From assembly GCA_964035545.1 (NCBI GenBank), contig OZ037770.1:12080642-12144641 (forward strand): a DNA stretch of 64,000 nt, read 5' to 3'. The stretch's first letter is position 1. Each line of letters begins with the position of its first letter. This stretch comes from Bugula neritina. Taxonomy: Eukaryota > Animalia > Bryozoa. Both the position numbers and the translations under genes were made by a program. Under the pieces are notes generated by a model, which ran no database searches, was not told the DNA's origin, and worked only from the letters and a program-made list of their open reading frames with translations. This document shows, piece by piece, positions 52,381 to 64,000 of the stretch.

Positions 52381-54119
52381 TTATAAGCTATTTCTGTCCT
52401 GAGTGTTATGTAATGCTATGATCCCTATAGGAAGCTGAGAGGCTGGTGCAACCAATAACTGATGGAGTAGTTAGGAGCAGTGGAGACCTGGAGGACGTAT
52501 GTATGGGTATAGAATAAGATTCCTCAGTGGCCACCTCAGTGTAATGGGTAGTGTATGGCTATAGCTTGCAAGCTGGAGTTTTTACGCAACACCACAGCTA
52601 TATATCATTTTTCTAGCAATCTAATTAATGCTAATAAAACAAGAACAATAGTTAGAGTATTTTTCCAAATCATTGGAATGCTAAAACAAGATATTTTGCA
52701 GCAGACACAAAAATGTACAGGTGGACTTCAAATACATTTATAGATTTAAAAACTCAGCCAAAGTCTACCAGCACAAGTTTGTAAGCACTTTCAAGCACTC
52801 CGAGGCTATGTCACCACCACATAAGCTATACTTTGAAAATGTCTAAATAACATTACCAATTAGTTCTCTCCAGCTTTTAATATATATAGTAGGTAATACT
52901 ATTATTTTGAACTTCTCAAAAATTCAAAGTTTGTTAATTTAAGCTGATATGAACAGAGTTGTTGAAACTAGACAACTTTTTTTATATGTTCAGTTTAGTC
53001 TCATATGTAATTATAATAATTTACAAATAATTTATAATCAGCGTAATAGATAATTTTCTTTAAGCTACTTTAGAGCTATGGCTATATTCATGCATATAGG
53101 CAGTCAGTAGTATAATCAATTTTGTTTATTGTTCTGTTTTATCTTTAAAGGAAAACACGTGAATAAATAGTGCAAAAACGCATCTTTAAACATTATGGAT
53201 ATATTTTTTAAATTATTGTGCCTAAATATTACATCATATTTCTTTTTACATGCATGTTGCTATGGCAAAAGTCCCAACTTGGAAACTCATCCAAATTTTA
53301 ATACAATATTTTTGCCAGGCTGCACTAGTTTTATGTATATTACTAAAAATTCATTTTGAAAGTTTAAAAACTGTTTAATTTCTTATTTGCTTTGTAAAGT
53401 GCTGCTATTAATAGGTTGGAATTTATGATTAGAGGATTTATCTGATTTGAAGTAGAAAATATTCATTTTATATAGACAAAACTTTGCAAATAAGTTAATC
53501 AAATGCGTTTTTGTCTGATCTCTCTCTCCTGTTTCTCTTATCTATTTGATAGGAAGCTAACTGTTTATCTCATGTTTTCTGGGGTTTTCTAAAGAAAATA
53601 AATAGAATATTTTAATGCTTTTTTATTTTAAGAATTGTCAGTTTGATCATTTGAAGGCAATAGGATATAATCAATAAGTTCAAACCTTTTTATAAAGAGA
53701 ACACAATTTCCCAAAACTAGCTTGTATAACTTTCCAGCATAGGATATGGGTCATGAGGTAAACAACCAAATTAAGCGCGAAAGTAGACAACAGAAAACAA
53801 CAAAAAAGTTAACATTGAGGTGAGAAATATTTACCAGGTAATTAAAACAACTATAAAGCTGCAAGTGCCAGAATATCCTGGTTAACTTCTGAAGATATAG
53901 CTTAGCTAACAGATAGTTGTTAAATGCATCTGAGGTTTGGCCAGACTAATTAGCACATACTTTACCTCTCATTGCAGGAATAATTCTTGTGGTTGTTAAA
54001 AAACAGACTAATGCATTGAGGAGGAACCAGGATTCAATACTATGACTGTTGCTGAACTAAAAATCAACTTAACTTAAAGTCTTAATAACGCCTTAAACTT
54101 GCTTACGCAGGTTTATATA

Positions 54120-54306
54120 TAGTTGCCATTCCTGTAAGGAAACCTCTGATGGAAGAGGTTTTTGGTAAATAGGGCTAAGGACTTATTCAGATAGTGCACA
54201 GGAGCAATTATGACTGGATGCTCTTTCTAACATCACCAATGGCCTTAGTCAGGCTCAAACCCATGACTTCGTGCGTACTATAGCTCTAACTCCTGGACCA
54301 CGGCTC
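54120..54306 (-). mobile_element. SINE, same family as 47458-47660
   Basis: Reverse complement aligns across head, core and 3' body. Confidence 0.7.
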
Positions 54307-57300
54307 TTAATAAAGCCTTAATTTCCCAAATATTACTTTGAATTATTAATTGAAAACCTAAACTAAATAGTGTGAGAAGGCAGTGTAGTCTATCATAGAA
54401 TAAAGCTACTAATGAAACTTTTCATTTTTGTTGTTTTTTATTTATTTGTTTGGTTAATTATAGAGTAATCATATAATATATTTAATGTAGCACTAGAATA
54501 GACTATAATTTTATTTAATAGTTTTTTGTACAAAGCATCTTATAATTTTTTGGTGAATTGGTAGGTCAATACTATTTAGGAATAGATTTTTTAGCAACAT
54601 GTTGTAGTGCTGAGATTTTCCAGTAGCCCCGTAGTGTGATAGTTGGAACGGTAGTATGCCAGCTGGATCAAGTCTTCATTCTAGATTCCAGGTGCATGGG
54701 AGCACGCAGAGGTTTTTGAGCATTATAAATAGAATAAAAATTAACGCTGTAAAAATTATATTATGAATGGTAGTTTAAAACTGAAAATTTTAAGTTTTAA
54801 GACAATTTTCTCTGCAATGCATATAATAGACCACAGCATTTTGAAAATAGAATAACATCTATAGAACCATGAAGGATATAGTTCATAGTTTAGCTAAAAA
54901 ACAAAATGCTTTCCCCACCGTAGCCAAGGTTTTGTAATGCCAAACTAAAAATGCAAAGAGTAACTTGTCTAATTAACGTCTAACCGTCAGCTAGCCGCAA
55001 GTTTTACCGCATAGTTTCAAAGCAGACGGTGATATCTTGAAGGTTTCCAAGCAATAGCACGCTCTCTGCTAATATCCATTCAGTAATGAGAATAATTCAT
55101 TTCAAAAGTGGTAAACATCTTTAGGAGTGGTAGACGACAGTTATTAAATATAGTAAATAATGACTTCCTAGTGTATGAGATGAACACGTGCAGGGTCTAT
55201 AGATCTTTCACCAGATGCTAGCTGAATCAAAACATTTTAGTTTAGTTTCTTTAATTCCTTACAGCTAGCTGCAGCTCAAAAACATTCCAAGTATCTTTCA
55301 ACAGTATAAACTATATGCATAGCTGTTTGGGAGTGCCTCAACACTTTGTTTTGAATATACAGTTAAGAACCAAAAAAATTTACTAATTTCTTTTCTGAAG
55401 TAGTTTATGAATAATACTAGGTGAAATGACTTGCAAGATTGAAGAATATGATAGAGGAGACAAATCTATATTTGCCTGTTGATATTGTCACTTCAGATAG
55501 AAGGTCTTTTAGGTTCAACTTGTGTTAGAAACTCAAATGGAGAATGACATTTAGGAGCAGTAGTGGAGAAATTGAGATGGCCTAAGACTTAGGCTCCAAG
55601 TTCTCTAAGTTGTTTTTATAAAATGTTAGTTTGGGGCGCTGGTTGAAATTTTTGGGAGAACATAGTTTTTTTGCTACATTTCTAATCTACGAGTATAACG
55701 CAGGCTTTTCTTAATTCCTCCATTACTGCACATATACCTCGAGAATGAAATCTGCTATTGGCTGGCTAAATTTGACAAGTTACTTGAAATATAGATTTAT
55801 TATTTACTCTTTCTTTCTATAATTATATGCAGTTATTTTGTTAAAAATAGTTTTTCTTGGAAATTGACAATCTTTAGTCTGGGTATATATATAACATACA
55901 AAAATGAATATGTTCCCAACAGCTCTGTATATTCTCAAAGCAGATGACAATAATCTGGTAATTAAATTACCAGATTTATGTTGCAGACTGCGAAGTTGTG
56001 AAAGTAAATTATATAATATTTCTTGGAACCCATTCTATGCCACATATTCTGTATATTCTGTTAAGGGTCAGCCTATTGTCCTCTTTCCTGCAATATGATT
56101 GGCTGATTAATGCCGGAGCTATTTATAACATGCACTGACTTAGATGCCTCATCATTCCGTCATCATAGACTTTGGAATGAAAACCAAAACACTTTGAATA
56201 TCCGTGAAGCATCACGAGAACATTGTGTACTTGGTGTTTGTACGTGACCAGTTTACCATCAGGACATGTGTGTGAGTTCATATCCTTTATATTATAGGAA
56301 TAAACACCTCACATAACAGACAGTAATGCATAACTAGAATATGGCATGTCTTAATAATATATTGAGCTTAATATTTCTTTTGGAAAGAATATTGAAACTT
56401 GCAATGTTTAGGTACAAAACATTACATTAATTAAGATGGGAAATTTATTTTTATGTAAAATTGGGCTTATAGATACAAAATGTTGAAATGAAATAAAAAG
56501 AAAAATTAAATTTGAAAGTAGTAATATAATATATTTAAAAAGTAGATGTAAGTATTTCAGTTACAATTAATTTGCACTTTTTACTTGCAATACCAATGTG
56601 TGCTTAATTAAATATCAAATATTATATAATTCCCAATCATTCTGTGCACAGATGAAATACAAGTTCTTGACTGCTCGTCATTGGCTTATAATAGCCTGCT
56701 GTCTTGGTTTGATGGCTGACCATATTCATAAATATATAAACAATATGGTACAAATGTCTTGAAGGTTTTGAGAATTGTGAATTGCAGACATATTGGTTTA
56801 TCTACTTAGACTTAAGGTCGCATCTTCTAGTTCAAAATAGCAGCTGCATTTCGATTAGTAAATATTAAAGAATCAGTTATTCTTGTGACAAGTCATTAAA
56901 TTATTAATCAGCCCAGCAAGATAACATATCATAAATATTTATTAATTTATGAAATTTGTGGTTAAGTGGTTTGTATGAACCATATTTGAAACAAAGACGC
57001 ACTTCTGGTGAATTATTGCTGCGTAAACAATATGCAAATTTCATCAAGCCGATCTCATAATATATTAATATCAGCTGTGTTATATATATATAACATAAAT
57101 TTATTTTTATGATACATCAAACTGAAGATGGTTGTCTAGACAATAAGATGAGTTTGAGTCTCACAGATGCTCATTATTGTACATCTGAATACAGGAAGTT
57201 GAATCACTTAAGGACAGCCATTTGTTTTTGCAATACGAACATGTCATTATAACATATTGAATGAAAGTTCAGGCGTATTATTATGCTTTTCCTTTGTGCC

Positions 57301-57689
57301 AATTACAACATAAAATCAGGTTATTTGTTTAACAAAATGTGCCAATTTGGTGGTTTTGACACAGAAATTTCTGTTGAACTTGTTAAATAAGCTGTAGGAA
57401 AAGTTATTCGACAACATAGGGTGTAGAAAAGCTGTCAATTGACCGTGTTGTACAAATATAGTACAACGAGGTATAAAAATATACTAGAAATATTATTTCA
57501 GCATTCAACCAGGATGTTCATATTTGTGCAAGTCATTAGCTATTGTATAAAAAGAAGAGGCTAAAAGGAATTACTAGATGCTTTTGTTTATTTAGTAGTC
57601 ACTACATTTGTGCTTTTGAAACTTACGTAAGTGTTTGAATGATAATATTTTGGGAGTATATTGAATGGTGAGGAAATAGAGGTGAAAAG

Positions 57690-57950
57690 TTTACACTCTA
57701 CATTCTACACTCTACATTGCAGAGGTTGTAGTGTTGTGTTTACCCAGTAGCCCCTGTGGTGTAATGGTTAGCTCGCCTGCTAGCAAGCTGGAGGTCTAGG
57801 ATTCGAATCCCAATGAAAGCAAATGTTTTATAGAATTGTAGAAGCTTAGACTGTAGAATGCATGTAATGTAGAAGTGCATGGAATTTAGGAGAGTGTATA
57901 GGGTGCAGAATGTATATAATGTTAGAGCATAGAATGGAGAAGTGTAGACA
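57690..57950 (+). mobile_element. tRNA-derived repeat flanked by inverted simple repeats
   Basis: A box TGGTGTAATGG and B box GATTCGAATCC at about 57757-57810; CTACA motifs on the left, TGTAG motifs on the right. Confidence 0.55.
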
Positions 57951-58231
57951 ATTTTTATAAATGCATATTTTAAATAATTAAAAATACCAAAGTACAAAAA
58001 ATAAAATGATATGTGCTGTATAATATTTTATAATCATCATTCAAAGTTTTAAATCAAATATGGCTACCATATAATAATTGTATAATAAAAGAAATAAATA
58101 TATATAATCTATTATAAAAATCAATAAGTAGACTAAACAGAGATGGAGATATAAATAACAGCTATTAATAAAAACAAAAAACAACTATATAAATGACTTC
58201 CAATAAAAACACTCCAAGACTCCTATTAGAG

Positions 58232-58466
58232 CAGGGGTGGGCAACTTATTTTGTCCGAGAGCCAAGTTCAGAAGTCAGCCAAAACAAAGGGCCACATGAT
58301 TGTACACATATTATATTTTATTATACTAAAGTAACTTTTCCCCAAACCTATGCTGTGCTAATCAGAGTAACAATGACAGTTTTTACTTATCTTAAGCATT
58401 AGGAGGGCCACGAAAAATGGGCAAAGGGCTACAAATGGCCTTGGGGACCTCAGTTGCCCACTCCTG
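58232..58466. mobile_element. hAT (Charlie-like) MITE
   Basis: TIRs CAGGGGTGGGCAACT / AGTTGCCCACTCCTG; 8-bp flanks TATTAGAG / TATTATGG (6 of 8 match). Confidence 0.85.
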
Positions 58467-58948
58467 TATTATGGGTTCGTACTAACATACCAACACAGCT
58501 GTATCATAACTCTGTATAATACGCAAATAAAAAATTAGAGAACTGTTTTATAATAATAAACTAGTATTTGGTTTCATATAAGAGATAAAAAGATAAATAA
58601 ATGTAAACAAAGTAATTCTATAGCTAAAGATTAATCTGCTCAACACTCTCATTATGTAGATTGTCTGATTCTCAACCAAAAACAGTACAGCTCTCTTTAT
58701 TAAAAATGTAGCAATCACAGTAAATGACTAAATTAAAAATCTAAACATAATTTTATCTGAAGATATATTCAAAATTCTAGACCACCAGTGATAATTTGGC
58801 ATAAATGATATACATAAATATATAATATACATATTTATTTATTTATTTATATGGATATGTAAGCCAAATCATCAATTAATCATGGTGGTAAACAGACTGC
58901 CAACTGCCAATCGCTGCAGAGATTATTAACAAATGTGATCAGATCTGT

Positions 58949-60345
58949 CTATTTGTGAAACTCACACTCATCCCCAGGGTTGATATTAGTAAACTCCTCA
59001 CAATGCTCATCCGGTGAAACGCCCTTGTATCCAGCGAACGGTTTGGAGCGCAGACGTTTCGCCTCTGGCGTTAGTTTTGGTCTCATAATTGTCATATCAT
59101 CTTGCTCGCTGTCGGATGGCGCTGCCTCTGCTGGTGAATATCTTGTACTTCTATCTGTACTCGGAGGTTCCTCGTCCGAAGACAGGAAATCATTGTTAGA
59201 CTGAGGGGAAGCTCCTTCTCTAAAGTCATGTCTACTATTGTCAGGAGTCTGGTTAGTCGAGTCTAATTCTCTTCGAGGAGTACTTCTATTGGATTTGCCA
59301 CTGTAGTTTCTTGTCAGCATAGAAGACTCCTTTGGAGGCTGAGTGTAACTGCTGTCTAAAGTCAGCAGGGAGAGGGGAGCTGCGGGGTCATAACTGTTTC
59401 GTTTTGTTGATTTTGATTTTCCATTATGTTTGCGCCTGTACGGCACCATAGGCTCAGCTCTTACGTTGTCTAGCGGTGAGGAGCGAGGAGAGACGTCTGC
59501 GGAGCTGTGGAAGTCGCGCGGCGGAGTGACTGATGGCGCAGTTGGAGTGAGACTCCCTGGAAGAGGCTCTACGTCTGCTTCAATGTTCTGTGGATTCAGC
59601 AGAGTTCGGCGCTCAGAGTCGTTGTCAAAGAGTTTAGCCTGACCTGGAGGTTGGGGTGCTTGACGCTTCAGCGAACGAACACTCTGCCGTGACCTTGAAA
59701 GACGCGGGTCCCGGGACAGAGCCAAATCGTTGTTCCGATAGGAGGGTATTGCCGAATGGGATCTAAAAAAGACATAAGCTTTTAAATGGTAAAGTTTTTA
59801 ATATTTTGCCAAGTTCAAAAACCACACTAAAGTGTACGAAATTTCACTTTTTGTCACTCGCCACTGAAAGGAGTTTTGCACTAGTACAGTTACATTATCT
59901 TTCTACTTAAATTAGAAGTTGAGAAAAGCCTGTGTTTTAGATTAAAAATGTAACAAAAGAAGTTATGTTCTCACGAAAATTCCAACCTACGCCCTAAACC
60001 AAAGTTTAATAATAAAACTAAAGAACTTAGGCTATCTTAATTTCTCCACTGCTGCTCCTAAATGTTAAATTTTTGCCCCAACAATTGGTTTTGTAGTAGA
60101 ATTACGACGTACTGGTAAGCAGTAGTTTAGCTTACTTATGAAGATGGCTCTTGTAGCGAGGTTTAGCCAGCTCATTCATCTGCACCTCCGGGTTGCTGTG
60201 CCATGGCTCCGGTTGCTCGTACATGGATGAGGCTGACTTGCCGTCTGCTACTGGCTCGGTTCTCTGCTCCGAACCTTCTCCCTCCACCATCCTCTTTGTG
60301 GTCAGGAAATACTCCTGCTCGTACCTGCGACGTCGGGCTCGCTTC
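58949..60345 (-). CDS. Distal alternative C-terminal tail (two exons) of a gene entering from the right; Pro/Ser-rich, probably cytoplasmic
   Basis: Exon 60345-60136 (enters in phase 2, KRARRRRYEQEYF...) splices in frame to 59762-58949 (..SVRSLKRQAPQPPGQ..ECEFHK*). GC-rich with canonical splice sites. Confidence 0.75.
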
Positions 60346-61681
60346 CTGTATAAGTGAGATGTAATAGTAACTCCAAGTACAAAGATATAATCAAAAAGAC
60401 TTTTATATGTCTATAGGAATAACAACCCCTAAATAAGTTGAGGATGAGAAAACTATTTACTGGAGAATTGTATTTAATAATCAATTATTTGATGATACTA
60501 GTTCAATATTATTATAATTTTAAAAATAAAAACCGTGTTATTCTAAAACAAATGATAGATTTATAAATTGATTATAGTTAATATGATTATTGTATCAGCC
60601 AAAACAATCCTTACTCTCAGATTTAAATTCTACACTACTCCTACAGTCAGCTCTGAGTTATGTGGGATGTCGTTTCTATGGCAACATGAATATGAAATTC
60701 CTGTTGGGTTGAGGGAATGATCAGAAAAGATCTACCAAAATTTATTAAAAAGAATTTGAGTTTTTTCCCAATTTTAAGATAAAAAGTTTTCAAGATACCC
60801 ATGCAAGACATACAAGGTCCCAGTCATACAACCAAATTGCAGAAAGTATTTATTTAGGAAGGGAATGGTTGAATGGAATGGAATGGTTGAAAACTACTTT
60901 TTCTAAGCAACTATATCAACAAAATTACAAGAAATCTTGATGCATAGAAGAAGTAAAAGCAAATTTAGTTTTTTTTAATAAGCAATGCTTTATATTTCGG
61001 AGGTGATATTTATACCCAGTTTACAATACTTCGAAGAAATGAAAATCTTTGATGGAATAATTACATGACAAATAATACATAATAATATAATATTATGATT
61101 ATATATGTTATGATAATATACTATATCACAATTACATTGATATATTATTATGTGATATTTATAACTCTAATGAACACCCACGTGATTTTCAAATACATAA
61201 TATGACATGAAGACATTACCGATATGAAAATAAAATAGCGTGAAATAAATTTTATGTACAATAAAGTAAAAAACCTCCTTATAATGATGATATAAAGTTA
61301 GAAAAGTTTGTATGATTCTCAACAATCTTACAACTTTTCAACTTTAAATTGATTATCCATAACTGGAAGCTCCTGAAACAAATAGTTTGAAACAAAAATA
61401 GATTTTCTTCAAAAAGAAACCGAATGGCAATGGTGGCATAGCAAAGCCGTAGATACGCAAAAGATGAACATAAAGAGATTGAATTCTACAAGACAAAGGC
61501 TTTAGATTACAGCCATATTTACATACAAATGGAATGACCAAATATTAGGATACGTTAACAAGCTAAAAACAGGTTCTGCAGCACAGAAAAAAAAAACTTG
61601 TTTAAAATACAATAACAGAAACTATCACAAAATCCCCTAATATCTCCCCAACATGAACTTAGAGCTGCGAGTTTCCTCGAT

Positions 61682-62678
61682 TCAAATCGACTCTTGGTCC
61701 GAATCTGTGCTCATCTCCCTTTGCAGCTGCCGCAATTCCTGAGAGCTGATATGGCCGGGCTTCGAACGACCAGACCTGTATTTGCTGCGGTGAGGTTTAG
61801 GCGCGACAGCGGGTTTAGGGCGAGCGGCAGCTGGTCGTAGCACAATTGTCTCCTCGTCATCATCTGACCTGCCGGAGGGGCCGTCTGAGGGAGCCGGTGA
61901 GCTGACACTCGACGGGGTTCGGGTGGAGTAGGGCGCGGCGTAGGGGTTGTCTCGTGGCTGGGAGCGGCTATAGGGGTACGAAGGAGGGGGGTTGGATGGC
62001 AGGGCAGGGGTGGAACCCTGGCGGGGGCGCGACCGATTCACGCTGTCCGAGTTGAAACTGGCAGACGCATATAGTGGAGAAGTTCTACTCTGATGTACCG
62101 GAGCGGGTGCTTGCGGAGGACCCGGCGGCTGTGGTGCTCTTCGCTTCAAGGATCTCACACTAGCTCTAGACTGAGAGGCAGACTTTGAGTAGGCCAACGG
62201 CTTGCTATCGGGGACGCTGTCTATGTTCTCCCCGTACCCGTAGCGTCTGTCTGAAGGTCGTAGGTTACCAATGCTTTGACTGCGACGATTCGGCTGCATG
62301 GTAGAGCGCATGCCGTAAGGAGACTCCGTGGCTGAGGTCAAGGTCGGGATGGAGGGGGTCGGCGTCGGGTTCAGCGGGAGAGTGTACTGAGCCGCGCGGG
62401 GATTGTACTGGTTCTGGTAGCCCTGTCTTCGCTCCAAGTCCTTCTTCCGTCTCTCCTCGTTCTTCCTCTTCAATTCGGCGGCGTATTCGCCGAGCTCGTC
62501 GACGTTGCCTTCTGGGTCAACTCTCTCGTCTTTGGTGTTGGGAAACGAAATGACCGACGGAGTACGTGTCGAGGTGTTGTAAACGGGATAGTCGTCCATC
62601 ACCACTTCCTCTTCAGTTCTTCGCTTTTTAGCTTTTGAAAGACGTACATGGCTCTCTCTCCATCTCTTTGCCTTCCTC
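61682..62678 (-). CDS. Proximal alternative C-terminal tail (single exon) of the same gene
   Basis: Acceptor at 62679-62681, enters in phase 2, RKAKRWRESH... ..SVRSLKRRAPQPPGP.. DQESI*; about 330 open codons, GC-rich. Confidence 0.8.
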
Positions 62679-64000
62679 CTACAGAATATCACACGTCACT
62701 TTAACATTCTCTACTTTAAACCAGCAAATAAAATACCAAGTAAACTCTAAAAACTAAAAGCTCTACGAGATGCAAACAATGAATTATATTGAAATTTTAG
62801 AATCACTTTCAACACATGTTACATTACTCAGGTTTTTCAACCAATCAGATTTATCCTTACAAAAATACTAGATGTTACAGTTCAGCCAAAGTTTTAACCG
62901 AATTACATTTTAAAAGGATGAAATCAAATCATACATAAACGTATATATTTGAAATACAGATATTTAATACTTTATTAATGTGAAGATAATGTTTTAGCAA
63001 AATTTCAATACAAGAAAAATCAAACCGGTTAGTACATGCTATAAGTAGGCTACGAATTGAGACACAATAATACAATTATCTTTACGGGACAATTCACATA
63101 GTTTTATAACAAACAGCCAGCCATGAGGTTTACAGTAGCTGTAGATCTCATGCTAAAACACGTTTTATAACATTCAGAAATACAACAAGTTTAGTAAATG
63201 ACAATATTAATTAGAAAGTTAATGAAACAGTGTGTTCAGCAAATTTCAAGATAGTGCATTTAGGAATTATCTTCTCTCAGTGAAGAAAATCATAAGAAGA
63301 AACAACTTATAATTACAACTGCAGATCAATGTATCTTTATTGTGAGAAATTTCTAGAATATTTCCGTGAAGGAAGGTGAAAAAGACAGTGACGTAACGCT
63401 ACAATAGTGATTAGTTAACAGAGGACAGGGCACGAAACAAACCAATCAGCAAACAATATAAACCAACACTACAGTCAGCATAGAGATGAGTGAAATGTAA
63501 AAACTGATAGGACGGGAAATGAATACACTCGTAGTGATCACAAACACCAACTTGTCCGTAAGCTTAGTGAATGGCCAGATAAACAAGATGCAAATTTGGT
63601 TGATATACTTTAAATATCGTAAAACATATCAGAAGCAAGAAAACCAACATTAAGTTGAGCGGTACATCGATAAAATCTCAAAAGCATTATTAATCAAACT
63701 ATTAAAGCATCTGTATTGAAAAAGAAAATATAATTAAATAATTGAGCTTTATAATTAAAAAAAAGAAAACTTAGTTGATTGGAAAGTTGGGTTAAGAGTG
63801 AACACTACATGCATGAAGCGCTTTACGTTGTGCACAACGTTGTAACTAAGAGCAAACCACACAAGTATAGATGGCTAGCTAGGGTGTACACACAAGATCA
63901 ATGTACAAACACATTTCACTACCTTTTTGTTTTAAGAGTGTGGACAAATCTTTTGTTGCAGTGATATTCCTGTTTCCAAAGCTAAAGAGAGTGGTGCACC

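Noticed and set aside
57115-57160. Hammerhead-like CTGAAGA plus hairpin flanked by TCAAA/TTTGA
   Set aside because: No GAAA or stem III; cannot be supported.
58980-59642. Plus-strand ORFs overlapping the tail exon
   Set aside because: Antisense shadows of a GC-rich coding exon.
63430-63565. Hydrophobic minus-strand frame as the missing transmembrane exon
   Set aside because: It ends in a stop with no suitable phase-2 donor; hydrophobicity is explained by T-richness.

Overview
AT-rich animal genomic DNA, probably a lophotrochozoan invertebrate judging by the insulin type. All recognisable genes are on the minus strand and interrupted by GT-AG introns; exon boundaries were read by hand. From left to right: (1) A tandem array of at least three uncharacterised paralogous genes. 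Two are complete (A 4434-7216, about 449 aa; B 12744-19421, about 428 aa); the promoter and first exon of a third sit at the left edge. They encode an all-helical N-terminal domain with BH4/BH3-like motifs plus a coiled coil. Their coding exons are strongly diverged while their flanks are nearly identical. (2) A decayed Penelope-like retroelement with two tandem minimal hammerhead ribozymes between genes A and B. (3) A complete CDK11 (PITSLRE) gene with 16 coding exons, about 828 aa, with minisatellite-filled introns and a duplicated terminal splice acceptor. (4) An 8-cysteine molluscan-insulin-type peptide gene with IGF-like single-chain architecture and a long basic tail. (5) The 3' end of a probable transmembrane-protein gene with two related, alternative Pro/Ser-rich cytoplasmic tails. 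MITEs, SINEs, an RTE LINE fragment and microsatellites are scattered throughout. Percent identities are estimates by eye and family assignments come from remembered motifs, not database searches.
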